A DNA stretch of 64,000 bases from the human T2T-CHM13v2.0 reference genome, Homo sapiens, in assembly GCF_009914755.1 (NCBI RefSeq), contig NC_060944.1. The stretch is one strand, 5' to 3'. How positions within the stretch are numbered: position 1 is the stretch's first letter; each line of letters begins with the position of its first letter. Positions 51,801 to 64,000 of the stretch are shown here, one piece after another. The notes beneath the pieces were generated by a model. That model was given only the letters and a program-made list of their open reading frames with translations, was not told the DNA's origin and did no database searches. Made by a program: the position numbers and the translations under genes.

Positions 51801-54480
51801 AGTGTTTCAAAACTGCTCTATGAATAGAAAGGTTCGACTCTGTTAGTAGAGGGCACACATCACATACAAGTTGCCGAGAATGCTTCTGTCTGGTTTTTAT
51901 GGGAAGATATTTCCTTTTCCAACACAAGCCTCAATGCGCTCCAAATGGACACTTCCAGATACGACAAAAGGAGTGTTTCAAACCTGTTCTGGGAAAGGGA
52001 ACGTTCCATTCTGTGACTTGAATGCAAACATCACCAAGTAGTTTCTCAGAACGCTGCTGTCTGCTTTTTATATGTATTCCCGTTTCCAATGAAATCGTCA
52101 AAGCCAGCCAAATATCCACTTGCAGGTTCCACAGAAAGAGTGTTTCAAAACTGCTCTCTCAAAAGACATGTTCAAATCTGTTAGTTGAGGACACACATCA
52201 CAAAGAAGTTTCTGAGAATGCTTCTGTCTAGTTTTTACGGGAAGATATTTCCTTTTTCACCATAGGCCTCAAAGCGCTCCACATGTCCACTTCCAGGGAA
52301 TGGAAAAAGAGTGTTTCCAACCTGCTCTATGAAAGTCAATGTTCAACTCCGTGACTTGAATGCAACCATCAAAAGGAAGTTTCTGAGAATGCTTCTGTCT
52401 AGGTTTTATATGAAGATATTCCCGTTTCCAACGAAATCCTCAGAGCTATCCAAATATCCACTTGGGGATTCTACAAAAAGAGTGTTTCAAAACTGCTCTA
52501 TCAAAAGAAAGGTTCTACTCCGTCAGTTGAGGACACACATCACGAGTAAGTTTCTGACAATGCTTCTGTCTAGTTTTCATGGGAAGATATGTCCTTTTTC
52601 ACCTTAGGCCGGAAAGCGCTCCAAAAGTCCAGTTACAGACACTACAAAAAGAGTGTTTCAAACCTGCTCTGTGAAAGGGAATGTTCAATTCTGTGACTTG
52701 AATGCAAACATCACAAAGAAATTGCTGAGAATGCTGCTGTCTGCTTTTTATACCTTATCGGGTTTCCAACGAAATCCTCAAATCCAGCCAAATATCCACT
52801 TGCAGACTCCACAAAAAGAGTGTTTCAAAACTATACTCTCCAAAGAAATGTTCAACTCTGTTAGTTGAGGACACACTTCAGAGACTAGCTTCTGAGAATG
52901 CTTCTGTCCAGTTGTTACGGGAAGATATTTCCTTTTTCAACATAGGCCTGAAACCGCTTCAAATGTCCACTTCCAGATACTGCAAAGAGAGTGTTTCAAA
53001 CCTTCTCTACGAAAGGGCATGTTCTCCTCAGTGACGTCAATGCAAACATCCCAAAGAAGTTTCTGAGAATGCTTCTGTCTGGATTCTATCTGAAGACAAT
53101 CCCGTTTCCAACGAAATCCTCAAAGATATGCAAATATGCTCCTGCAGATTCTACAAAAAGAGTGTTTCAAAACTGCTCTATGAATAGAAAGTTTCGACTC
53201 TGTTAGTAGAGGGCACACATCACAAAGAAGTTGCCGAGAATGCTTCTGTCTGGTTTTTCTGGGAAGATATTTCCTTTTCCAACACAAGCCTGAATGCGCT
53301 CCAAATGGACACTTCCAGATACGACAAAAGGAGTGTTTCAAACCTGTTCTGGGAAAGGGAACGTTCCATTCTGTGACTTGAATGCAAACATCAACAAGTA
53401 GTTTCTCAGAACGCTGCTGTCTGCTTTTTATATGTATTCCCGTTTCCAACGAAATCGTCAAAGCCAGCCAAATATCCACTTGCAGGTTCCACAGAAAGAG
53501 TGTTTCAAAACTGCTCTCTCAAAAGACATGTTCAACTCTGTCAGTTTAGGACACACATCACAAAGAAGTTTCTGAGAATGCTTCTGTCTAGTTTTTATGG
53601 GAAGATATTTCCTTTTTCACCATAGGCCTCAAAGCGCTCCAAATGTCCACTTCCAGGGAATGGAAAAAGAGTGTTTCCAACCTGCTCTATGAAAGACAAT
53701 GTTCAACTCCGTGACTTGAATGCAACCATCACAAAGAAGTTTCTGAGAATGCTTCTGTCTAGGTTTTATATGAAGATATTCCCGTTTCCAACGAAATCCT
53801 CAAAGCTATCCAAATATCCACTTGGAGATTCTACAAAAAGAGTGTTTCAAAACTGCTCTATCAAAGGAAAGGTTCTACTCTGTCAGTTGAGGACACACAT
53901 CACGAGTAAGTTTCTGACAATGCTTCTGTCTAGTTTTTAAGGGAAGATATGTCCTTTTTCACCTTAGGCCGGAAAGCGCTCCAAAAGTCCAGTTACAGAC
54001 ACTACAAAAACAGTGTTTCAAACCTGCTCTGTGAAAGGGAATGTTCAATTCTGTGACTTGAATGCAAACATCACAAAGAAATTGCTGAGAATGCTGCTGT
54101 CTGCTTTTTATACCTTATCGCGTTTCCAACGAAATCCTCAAATCCAGCCAAATATCCACTTGCAGACTCCACAAAAAGAGTGTTTCAAAACTATACTCTC
54201 CAAAGAAATGTTCAACTCTGTTAGTTGAGGACACACATCAGAGACTAGCTTCTGAGAATGCTTCTGTCCAGTTGTTATGGGAAGATATTTCCTTTTTCAA
54301 CATAGGCCTGAAACCGCTTCAAATGTCCACTTCCAGATACTGCAAAGAGAGTGTTTCAAACCTTCTCTACGAAAGGGCATGTTCTCCTCAGTGACGTCAA
54401 TGCAAACATCCCAAAGAAGTTTCTGAGAATGCTTCTGTCTGGATTTTATCTGAAGACAATCCCGTTTCCAACGAAATCCT
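27251..54480. repeat. Tandem duplication of a 10-HOR block (period 13,596 bp): 27251-~40865 and ~40866-54480
   Basis: Nearly all private SNPs and indels recur at +13,596 (ORF pairs 27288/40884, 33275/46871, 35995/49591, 40417/54013); identity fails at 27250 vs 40846 and at 40885 vs 54481. Confidence 0.95.
27500..32940. repeat. 2-HOR tandem duplication (period 2718 bp), nested in the 13.6 kb duplication and repeated at ~41100-46540
   Basis: gacaAacatcaaaaagatg, ccttaATccg, gataAtgcaGTgag, gtagGgggc and cttcAgtc recur at +2718; identical ORF pairs 27838/30556 and 29197/31915. Confidence 0.9.
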
Positions 54481-57400
54481 AAAAGATATGCAAATATGCT
54501 CCTGCAGATTCTACAAAAAGAGTGTTTCAAAACTGCTCTATGAATAGAAAGTTTCGACTCTGTTAGTAGAGGGCACACATCACAAACAAGTTGCCGAGAA
54601 TGCTTCTGTCTGGTTTTTATGGGAAGATATTTCCTTTTCCAACACAAGCCTGAATGCGCTCCAAATGGACACTTCCAGATACGACAAAAGGAGTGTTTCA
54701 AACCTGTTCTGGGAAAGGGAACGTTCCCTTCTGTGACTTGAATGCAAACATCACCAAGTAGTTTCTCAGAACGCTGCTGTCTGCTTTTTATATGTATTCC
54801 CGTTTCCAACGAAATCGTCAAAGCCAGCCAAATATCCACTTGCAGGTTCCACAGAAAGAGTGTTTCAAAACTGCTCTCTCAAAAGACATGTTCAACTCTG
54901 TCAGTTGAGGACACACATCACAAAGAAGTTTCTGAGAATGCTTCTGTCTAGTTTTTATGGGAAGATATTTCCTTTTTCACCATAGGCCTCAAAGCGCTCC
55001 AAATGTCCACTTCCAGGGAATGGAAAAAGAGTGTTTCCAACCTGCTCTATGAAAGCTAATGTTCAACTCCGTGACTTGAATGCAACCATAACAAGGAAGT
55101 TTCTGAGAATGCTTCTGTCTATGTTTTATATGAAGATATTCCCGTTTCCAACGAAATCCTCAAAGCTATCCACATATCCACTTGGAGATTCTACAAAAAG
55201 AGTGTTTCAAAACTGCTCTATCAAAAGAAAGGTTCTACTCCGTCAGTTGAGGACACACATCACGAGTAAGTTTTTGACAATGCTTCTGTCTAGTTTTTAT
55301 GGGAAGATATGTCCTTTTTCACCTTAGGCCGGAAAGCGCTCCAAAAGTCCAGTTACAGACACTACAAAAAGAGTGTTTCAAACCTGCTCTGTGAAAGGGA
55401 ATGTTCAATTCTGTGACTTGAATGCAAACATCACAAAGAAATTGCTAAGAATGCTGCTGTCTGCTTTTTATACCTTATCGCGTTTCCCACGAAATCCTCA
55501 AATCCAGCCAAATATCCACTTGCAGACTCCACAAAAAGAGTGTTTCAAAACTATACACTCCAAAGAAATGTTCAACTCTGTTAGTTGAGGACACACATCA
55601 GAGACTAGCTTCTGATTATGCTTCTGTCCAGTTGTTACGGGAAGATATTTCCTTTTTCAACATAGGCCTGAAACCGCTTCAAATGTCCACTTCCAGATAC
55701 TGCAAAGAGAGTATTTCAAACCTTCTCTACGAAAGGGCATGTTCTCCTCAGTGACGTCAATGCAAACATCCCAAAGAAGTTTCTGAGAATGCTTCTGTCT
55801 GGATTTTATCTGAAGACAATCCCGTTTCCAACGAAATCCTCAAAGATATGCTAATATGCTCCTGCAGATTCTACAAAAAGAGTGTTTCAAAACTGCTCTA
55901 GGAAAAGAAAGGTTCGACTCTGTTAGTAGAGGGCACACATCACAAACAAGTTGCCGAGAATGCTTCTGTCTGGTTTTTATGGGAAGATATTTCCTTTTCC
56001 AACACAAGCCTGAATGCGCTCCAAATGGACACTTCCAGATACGACAAAAGGAGTGTTTCAAACCTGTTCTGTGAAAGGGAACGTTCCATTCTGTGACTTG
56101 AATGCAAACATCACCAAGTAGTTTCTCAGAACGCTGCTGTCTGCTTTTTATATGTATTCCCGTTTCCAACGAAATCGTCAAAGCCAGCCAAATATCCACT
56201 TGCAGGTTCCACAGAAAGAGTGTTTCAAAACTGCTCTCTCAAAAGACATGTTCAACTCTGTCAGTTGAGGACACACATCACAAAGAAGTTTCTGAGAATG
56301 CTTCTGTCTAGTTTTTATGGGAAGATATTTCCTTTTTCACCATAGGCCTCAAAGCGCTCCAAATGTCCACTTCCAGGGAATGGAAAAAGAGTGTTTCCAA
56401 CCTGCTCTATGAAAGCCAATGTTCAACTCCGTGACTTGAATGCAACCATCACAAGGAAGTTTCTGAGAATGCTTCTGTCTAGGTTTTATATGAAGATATT
56501 CCCGTTTCCAACGAAATCCTCAAAGCTATCCAAATATCCACTTGGAGATTCTACAAAAAGAGTGTTTCAAAACTGCTCTATCAAAAGAAAGGTTCTACTC
56601 CGTCAGTTGAGGACACACATCACGAGTAAGTTTCTGACAATGCTTCTGTCTAGTTTTTATGGGAAGATATGTCCTTTTTCACCTTAGGCCGGAAAGCGCT
56701 CCAAAAGTCCAGTTACAGACACTACAAAAAGAGTGTTTCAAACCTGCTCTGTGAAAGGGAATGTTCCATTCTGTGACTTGAATGCAAACATCACAAAGAA
56801 GTTGCTGAGAATGCTGCTGTCTGCTTTTTATACCTTATCGCGTTTCCAACGAAATCCTCAAATCCAGCCAAATATCCACTTGCAGACTCCACAAAAAGAG
56901 TGTTTCAAAACTATACTCTCCAAAGCAATGTTCAACTCTGTTAGTTGAGGACACACATCAGAGACTAGCTTCTGAGAATGCTTCTGTCCAGTTGTTACGG
57001 GAAGATATTTCCTTTTTCAACATAGGCCTGAAACCGCTTCAAATGTCCACTTCCAGATACTGCAAAGAGAGTGTTTCAAACCTTCTGTATGAAAGGGCAT
57101 GTTCTCCTCAGTGACGTCAATGCAAACATCCCAAAGAAGTTTCTGAGAATGCTTCTGTCTGGATTTTATCTGAAGACAATCCCGTTTCCAACGAAATCCT
57201 CAAAGATATGCAAATATGCTCCTGCAGATTCTACAAAAAGAGTGTTTCAAAACTGCTCTATGAATAGAAAGGTTCGACTCTGTTTTTAGAGGCCACACAT
57301 CACAAACAAGTTGCCGAGAATGCTTCTGTCTGGTTTTTATGGGAAGATATTTCCTTTTCCAACACAAGCCTGAATGCGCTCCAAATGGACACTTCCAGAT

Positions 57401-58849
57401 ACGACAAAAGGAGTGTTTCAAACCTGTTCTGGGAAAGGGAACGTTCCATTCTGTGACTTGAATGCAAACATCACCAAGTAGTTTCTCAGAACGCTGCTGT
57501 CTGCTTTTTATATGTATTCCCGTTTCCAACGAAATCGTCAAAGCCAGCCAAATATCCACTTGCAGGTTCCACAGAAAGAGTGTTTCAAAACTGCCCTCTC
57601 AAAAGACATGTTCAACTCTGTCAGTTGAGGACACACATCACAAAGAAGTTTCTGAGAATGCTTCTGTCTAGTTTTTATGGGAAGATATTTCCTTTTTCAC
57701 CATAGGCCTCAAAGCGCTCCAAATGTCCACTTCCAGGGAATGGAAAAAGAGTGTTTCCAACCTGCTCTATGAAAGCCAATGTTCAACTCCGTGACTTGAA
57801 TGCAACCATCACAAGGAAGTTTCTGAGAATGCTTCTGTCTAGGTTTTATATGAAGATATTCCCGTTTCCAACGAAATCCTCAAAGCTATCCAAATATCCA
57901 CTTGGAGATTCTACAAAAAGAGTGTTTCAAAACTGCTCTATCAAAAGAAAGGTTCTACTCCGTCAGTTGAGGACACACATCACGAGTAAGTTTCTGACAA
58001 TGCTTCTGTCTAGTTTTTATGGGAAGATATGTCCTTTTTCACCTTAGGCCGGAAAGCGCTCCAAAAGTCCAGTTACAGACACTACAAAAAGAGTGTTTCA
58101 AACCTGCTCTGTGAAAGGGAATGTTCAATTTTGTGACTTGAATGCAAACATCACAAAGAAGTTGCTGAGAATGCTGCTGTCTGCTTTTTATACCTTATCC
58201 CGTTTCCAACGAAATGCTCAAATCCAGCCAAATATCCACTTGCAGACTAAACAAAAAGAGTGTTTCAAAACTGTACTGTCAAAAGAAATGTTCAACTCTG
58301 TTAGTTGAGGACACACATGAGAGACTAGCTTCTGAGAATTCTTCTGTCCAGTTGTTACGGGAAGATATTTCCTTTTTCTAAATAGGCCTGAAACCGCTTC
58401 AAATGTCCACTTCCAGATACTGCAAAGAGAGTGTTTCAAACCTTCTCTACGAAAGGGCATGTTCTCCTCTGTGACGTCAATGCAAACATCCCAAAGAAGT
58501 TTCTGAGAATGCTTCTGTCTGTATTTTATCTGAAGACAATCCCGTTTCCAACGAAATCCTCAAAGATATGCAAATATGCTCCTGCAGATTCTACAAAAAG
58601 AGTGTTTCAAAACTGCTCTATGAATAGAAAGGTTCGACTCTGTTAGTAGAGGGCACACATCACAAACAAGTTGCCGAGAATGCTTCTGTCTGGTTTTTAT
58701 GGGAAGATATTTCCTTTTCCAACACAAGCCTGAATGCGCTCCAAATGGACACTTCCAGATACGACAAAAGGAGTGTTTCAAACCTGTTCTGTGAAAGGGA
58801 ACGTTCCATTCTGTGACTTGAATGCAAACATCACCAAGTAGTTTCTCAG

Positions 58850-61800
58850 AACGCTGCTGTCTGCTTTTTGTATGTATTCCCGTTTCCAACGAAATCGTCA
58901 AAGCCAGCCAAATATCCACTTGCAGGTTCCACAGTAAGAGTGTTTCAAAACTGCTCTCTCAAAAGACATGTTCAACTCTGTCAGTTGAGGACACACATCA
59001 CAATGAAGTTTCTGAGAATGCTTCTGTCTAGTTTTTATGGGAAGATATTTCCTTTTTCACCATAGGCCTCAAAGCGCTCCAAATGTCTACTTCCAGGGAA
59101 TGGAAAAAGAGTGTTTCCAACCTGCTCTATGAAAGCCAATGTTCAACTCCGTGACTTGAATGCAACCATCACAAGGAAGTTTCTGAGAATGCTTCTGTCT
59201 AGGTTTTATATGAAGATATTAGCGTTTCCAACGAAATCCTCAAAGCTATCCAAATATCCACTTGGAGATTCTACAGAAAGAGTGTTTCAAAACTGCTCTA
59301 TCAAAAGAAAGGTTCTACTCCGTCAGTTGAGGACACACATCACGAGTAAGTTTCTGACAATGCTTCTGTCTAGTTTTTATGGGAAGATATGTCCTTTTTC
59401 ACCTTAGGCCGGAAAGCGCTCCAAACGTCCAGTTACAGACACTACAAAAAGAGTGTTTCAAACCTGCTCTGTGAAAGGGAATGTTCAATTCTGTGACTTG
59501 AATGCAAACATCACAAAGAAGTTGCTGAGAATGCTGCTGTCTGCTTTTTATACCTTATCCCATTTCCAACGAAATCCTCAAATCCAGCCAAATATCCACT
59601 TGCAGACTCCACAAAAAGAGTGTTTCAAAACTGTACTGTCAAAAGAAATGTTCAACTCTGTTAGTTGAGGACACACATCAGAGACTAGCTTCTGAGAATG
59701 CTTCTGTCCAGTTTTTATGGGAAGATATTTCCTTTTTCAACATAGGCCTGAAACCGCTTCAAATGTCCGCTTCCAGATACTGCAAAGAGAGTGTTTCAAA
59801 CCTTCTCTACGAAAGGGCATGTTCTCCTCTGTGACGTAAATGCAAACATCCCAAAGAAGTTTCTGAGAATGCTTCTGTCTGGATTTTGTCTGAAGGCAAT
59901 CACGTTTCCAACGAAATCCTCAAAGATATGCAAATATGCTCCTGCAGATTCTACAAAAAGAGTGTTTCAAAACTGCTCTATGAATAGAAAGGTTCGACTC
60001 TGTTAGTAGAGGGCACACATCACAAACAAGTTGCCGAGAATGCTTCTGTCTGGTTTTTATGGGAAGATATTTCCTTTTCCAACACAAGCCTGAATGCGCT
60101 CCAAATGGACACTTCCAGATACGACAAAAGGAGTGTTTCAAACCTGTTCTGGGAAAGGGAACGTTCCATTCTGTGACTTGAATGCAAACATCACCAAGTA
60201 GTTTCTCAGAACGCTGCTGTCTGCTTTTTATATGTATTCCCGTTTCCAACGAAATCGTCAAAGCCAGCCAAATATCCACTTGCAGGTTCCACAAAAAGAG
60301 TGTTTCAAAACTGCTCTCTCAAAAGACATGTTCAACTCTGTCAGTTGAGGACACACATCACAAAGAAGTTTCTGAGAATGCTTCTGTCTAGTTTTTATGG
60401 GAAGATATTTCCTTTTTCACCATAGGCCTCAAAGCGCTCCACATGTCCACTTCCAGAGAATGGAAAAAGAGTGTTTCCAACCTGCTCTATGAAAGCCAAT
60501 GTTCAACTCCGTGACTTGAATGCAACCATCACAAGGAAGTTTCTGAGAATGCTTCTGTCTAGGTTTTATATGAAGATATTCCCGTTTCCAACGAAATCCT
60601 CAAAGCTATCCAAATATCCACTTGGAGATTCTGCAAAAAGAGTGTTTCAAAACTGCTCTATCAAAAGAAAGGTTCCACTCCGTCAGTTGAGGACACACAT
60701 CACGAGTAAGTTTCTGACAATGCTTCTGTCTAGTTTTTATGGGAAGACATGTCCTTTTTCACCTTAGGCCGGAAAGCGCTCCAAAGTCCAGTTACAGACA
60801 CTACAAAAAGAGTGTTTCAAACCTGCTCTGTGAAAGGGAATGTTCAATTCTGTGACTTGAAGGCAAACATCACAAAGAAGTTGCTGAGAATGCTGCTGTC
60901 TTCTTTTTATACCTTATCACGTTTCCAACAAAATCCTCAAATCCAGCCAAATATCTACTTTCAGACTCCACAAAAAGAGTGTTTCAAAACTGTACTGTCA
61001 AAAGAAATGTTCAACTCTGTTAGTTGAGGACACACATCAGAGACTAGCTTCTGAGAATGCTTCTGTCCAGTAGTTACAGGAAGATATTTCCTTTTTCAAC
61101 ATAGGCCTGAAACCGCTTCAAATGTCCGCTTCCAGATACTGCAAAGAGAGTATTTCAAACCTTCTCTACGAAAGGGCATGTTCTCGTCTGTGACGTCAAT
61201 GTAAACATCCCAAAGAAGTTCCTGAGAATGCTTCTGTCTGGATTTTATCTGAAGACAATCCCGTTTCCAACGAAATCCTCAAAGATATGCAAATATGCTC
61301 CTGCAGATTCTACAAAAAGAGTGTTTCAAAACTGCTCTATGAATAGAAAGGTTCGACTCTGTTAGTAGAGGGCACACATCACAAACAAGTTGCCGAGAAT
61401 GCTTCTGTCTGGTTTTTATGGGAAGATATTTCCTTTTCCAACACAAGCCTGAATGCGCTCCAAATGGACACTTCCAGATACGACAAAAGGAGTGTTTCAA
61501 ACCTGTTCTGGGAAAGGGAACGTTCCATTCTGTGACTTGAATGCAAACATCACCAAGTAGTTTCTCAGAACGCTGCTGTCTGCTTTTTGTATGTATTCCC
61601 GTTTCCAACGAAATCGTCAAAGCCAGCCAAATATCCACTTGCAGGATCCACAAAAAGAGTGTTTCAAACTGCTCTCTCAAAAGACATGTTCAACTCTGTC
61701 AGTTGAGGACACACATCACAAAGAAGTTTCTGAGAATGCTTCTGTCTAGTTTTTATGGGAAGATATTTCCTTTTTCACCATAGGCCTCAAAGCGCTCCAA

Positions 61801-64000
61801 ATGTCCACTTCCAGGGAATGGAAAAAGAGTGTTTCCAACCTGCTCTATGAAAGCCAATGTTCAACTCCGTGACTTGAATGCAACCATCACAAGGAAGTTT
61901 CTGAGAATGCTTCTGTCTAGGTTTTATATGAAGATATTAGCGTTTCCAACGAAATCCTCAAAGCTATCCAAATATCCACTTGGAGATTCTACAGAAAGAG
62001 TGTTTCAAAACTGCTCTATCAAAAGAAAGGTTCTACTCCGTCAGTTGAGGACACACATCACGAGTAAGTTTCTGACAATGCTTCTGTCTAGTTTTTATGG
62101 GAAGATATGTCCTTTTTCACCTTAGGCCGGAAAGCGCTCCAAAAGTCCAGTTACAGACACTACAAAAAGAGTGTTTCAAACCTGCTCTGTGAAAGGGAAT
62201 GTTCAATTCTGTGACTTGAATGCAAACATCACAAAGAAGTTGCTGAGAATGCTGCTGTCTGCTTTTTATACCTTATCCCATTTCCAACGAAATCCTCAAA
62301 TCCAGCCAAATATCCACTTGCAGACTCCACAAAAAGAGTGTTTCAAAACTGTACTGTCAAAAGAAATGTTCAACTCTGTTAGTTGAGGACACACATCAGA
62401 GACTAGCTTCTGAGAATGCTTCTGTCCAGTTGTTACGGGAAGATATTTCCTTTTTCAACATAGGCCTGAAACCGCTTCAAATGTCCGCTTCCAGATACTG
62501 CAAAGAGAGTGTTTCAAACCTTCTCTACGAAAGGGCATGTTCTCCTCTGTGACGTCAATGCAAACATCCCAAAGAAGTTTCTGAGAATGCTTCTGTCTGG
62601 ATTTTGTCTGAAGACAATCCCGTTTCCAACGAAATCCTCAAAGATATGCAAATATGCTCCTGCAGATTCTACAAAAAGAGTGTTTCAAAACTGCTCTATG
62701 AATAGAAAGGTTCGACTCTGTTAGTAGAGGGCACACATCACAAACAAGTTGCCGAGAATGCTTCTGTCTGGTTTTTATGGGAAGATATTTCCTTTTCCAA
62801 CACAAGCCTGAATGCGCTCCAAATGGACACTTCCAGATACGACAAAAGGAGTGTTTCAAACCTGTTCTGGGAAAGGGAACGTTCCATTCTGTGACTTGAA
62901 TGCAAACATCACCAAGTAGTTTCTCAGAACGCTGCTGTCTGCTTTTTATATGTATTCCCGTTTCCAACGAAATCGTCAAAGCCAGCCAAATATCCACTTG
63001 CAGGTTCCACAAAAAGAGTGTTTCAAAACTGCTCTCTCAAAAGACATGTTCAACTCTGTCAGTTGAGGACACACATCACAAAGAAGTTTCTGAGAATGCT
63101 TCTGTCTAGTTTTTATGGGAAGATATTTCCTTTTTCACCATAGGCCTCAAAGCGCTCCACATGTCCACTTCCAGGGAATGGAAAAAGAGTGTTTCCAACC
63201 TGCTCTATGAAAGCCAATGTTCAACTCCGTGACTTGAATGCAACCATCACAAGGAAGTTTCTGAGAATGCTTCTGTCTAGGTTTTATATGAAGATATTCC
63301 CGTTTCCAACGAAATCCTCAAAGCTATCCAAATATCCACTTGGAGATTCTGCAAAAAGAGTGTTTCAAAGCTGCTCTATCAAAAGAAAGGTTCCACTCCG
63401 TCAGTTGAGGACACACATCACGAGTAAGTTTCTGACAATGCTTCTGTCTAGTTTTTATGGGAAGATATGTCCTTTTTCACCTTAGGCCGGAAAGCGCTCC
63501 AAAGTCCAGTTACAGACACTACAAAAAGAGTGTTTCAAACCTGCTCTGTGAAAGGGAATGTTCAATTCTGTGACTTGAAGGCAAACATCACAAAGAAGTT
63601 GCTGAGAATGCTGCTGTCTGCTTTTTATACCTTATCCCGTTTCCAACGAAACCCTCAAATCCAGCCAAATATCTACTTGCAGACTCCACAAAAAGAGTGT
63701 TTCAAAACTGTACTGTCAAAAGAAATGTTCAACTCTGTTAGTTGAGGACACACATCAGAGACTAGCTTCTGAGAATGCTTCTGTTCAGTTGTTACAGGAA
63801 GATATTTCCTTTTTCAACATAGGCCTGAAACCGATTCAAATGTCCGCTTCCAGATACTGCAAAGAGAGTGTTTCAAACCTTCTCTACGAAAGGGCATGTT
63901 CTCCTCTGTGACGTCAATGCAAACATCCCAAAGAAGTTTCTGAGAATGCTTCTGTCTGGATTTTATCTGAAGACAATCCCGTTTCCAACGAAATCCTCAA
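58850..64000. repeat. More diverged 2-HOR duplication (period ~2718 bp)
   Basis: ttttGtatg, attAGcgttt (59221/61939), tcccAtttcc, ctGcaaaaag, ggttcCactc and ttgaaGgc are shared at ~+2718, with many copy-specific differences. Confidence 0.85.

Larger units (their letters stand above)
1..64000 (-). repeat. Centromeric alpha-satellite HOR array, SF2 (D1/D2 dimeric) type, ~47 copies of a ~1360 bp 8-mer HOR
   Basis: ~170 bp monomers with alphoid hallmarks (catcacaaagaagtttctgagaatgcttctgtctag; aaaagagtgtttcaaaactgctct). The same landmark recurs at 648, 2008, 3368 ... 63189 (47 copies, spacing 1358-1360). Minus-strand GGATAGCTTTGAGGATTTCGTTGGAAACGGGA and GGAGCGCTTTGAGGCCTATGGTGAAAAAGGAA match SF2 D1/D2 consensus as I recall it. 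Chromosome not assigned. Confidence 0.97.

Noticed and set aside
97-63745. Hundreds of 60-185 aa ORFs on both strands
   Set aside because: They are translations of alpha-satellite monomers recurring at the HOR period. Many start at GTG/TTG, they gain and lose stops and frames freely, and they show no recognisable domain.
1-64000. CRISPR-like reading of regularly spaced conserved 17-mers
   Set aside because: The intervening sequence is itself repeated rather than unique spacer, the 17-mer is the CENP-B box, and there are no cas genes
1-64000. Transposon insertion, inversion or monomer-deleted HOR variant
   Set aside because: Landmark spacing stays at 1358-1360 bp throughout, all boxes lie on one strand, and there is no polyA tail, TSD or non-alphoid sequence
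1-64000. Definite chromosome or array name (e.g. D20Z2, D18Z1, D14Z9/D22Z1)
   Set aside because: Several SF2 arrays have 8-mer units and I cannot discriminate them, or exclude an ape origin, without alignment

Overview
The whole 64 kb is primate (most likely human or great-ape) centromeric alpha-satellite DNA. It holds about 47 uninterrupted, same-orientation copies of a 1358-1360 bp 8-monomer higher-order repeat (HOR) of dimeric suprachromosomal family 2 (D1/D2 type). Monomers carrying a CENP-B box alternate with pJalpha-type monomers. I see no genes, transposon insertions, inversions or monomer-number variants, and all listed ORFs are artefacts of the repeat. The informative signal lies in the SNP pattern between HOR copies: nested super-repeats of 2, 3 and 10 HORs, a recent 13,596 bp tandem duplication whose crossover window contains a CENP-B box, a short gene-conversion-like tract, a sharp HOR-haplotype boundary near 19.3 kb, and more CENP-B box damage to the right of it. 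I found no evidence of a new gene-encoded system. All variant calls and counts were made by eye and should be confirmed by alignment.
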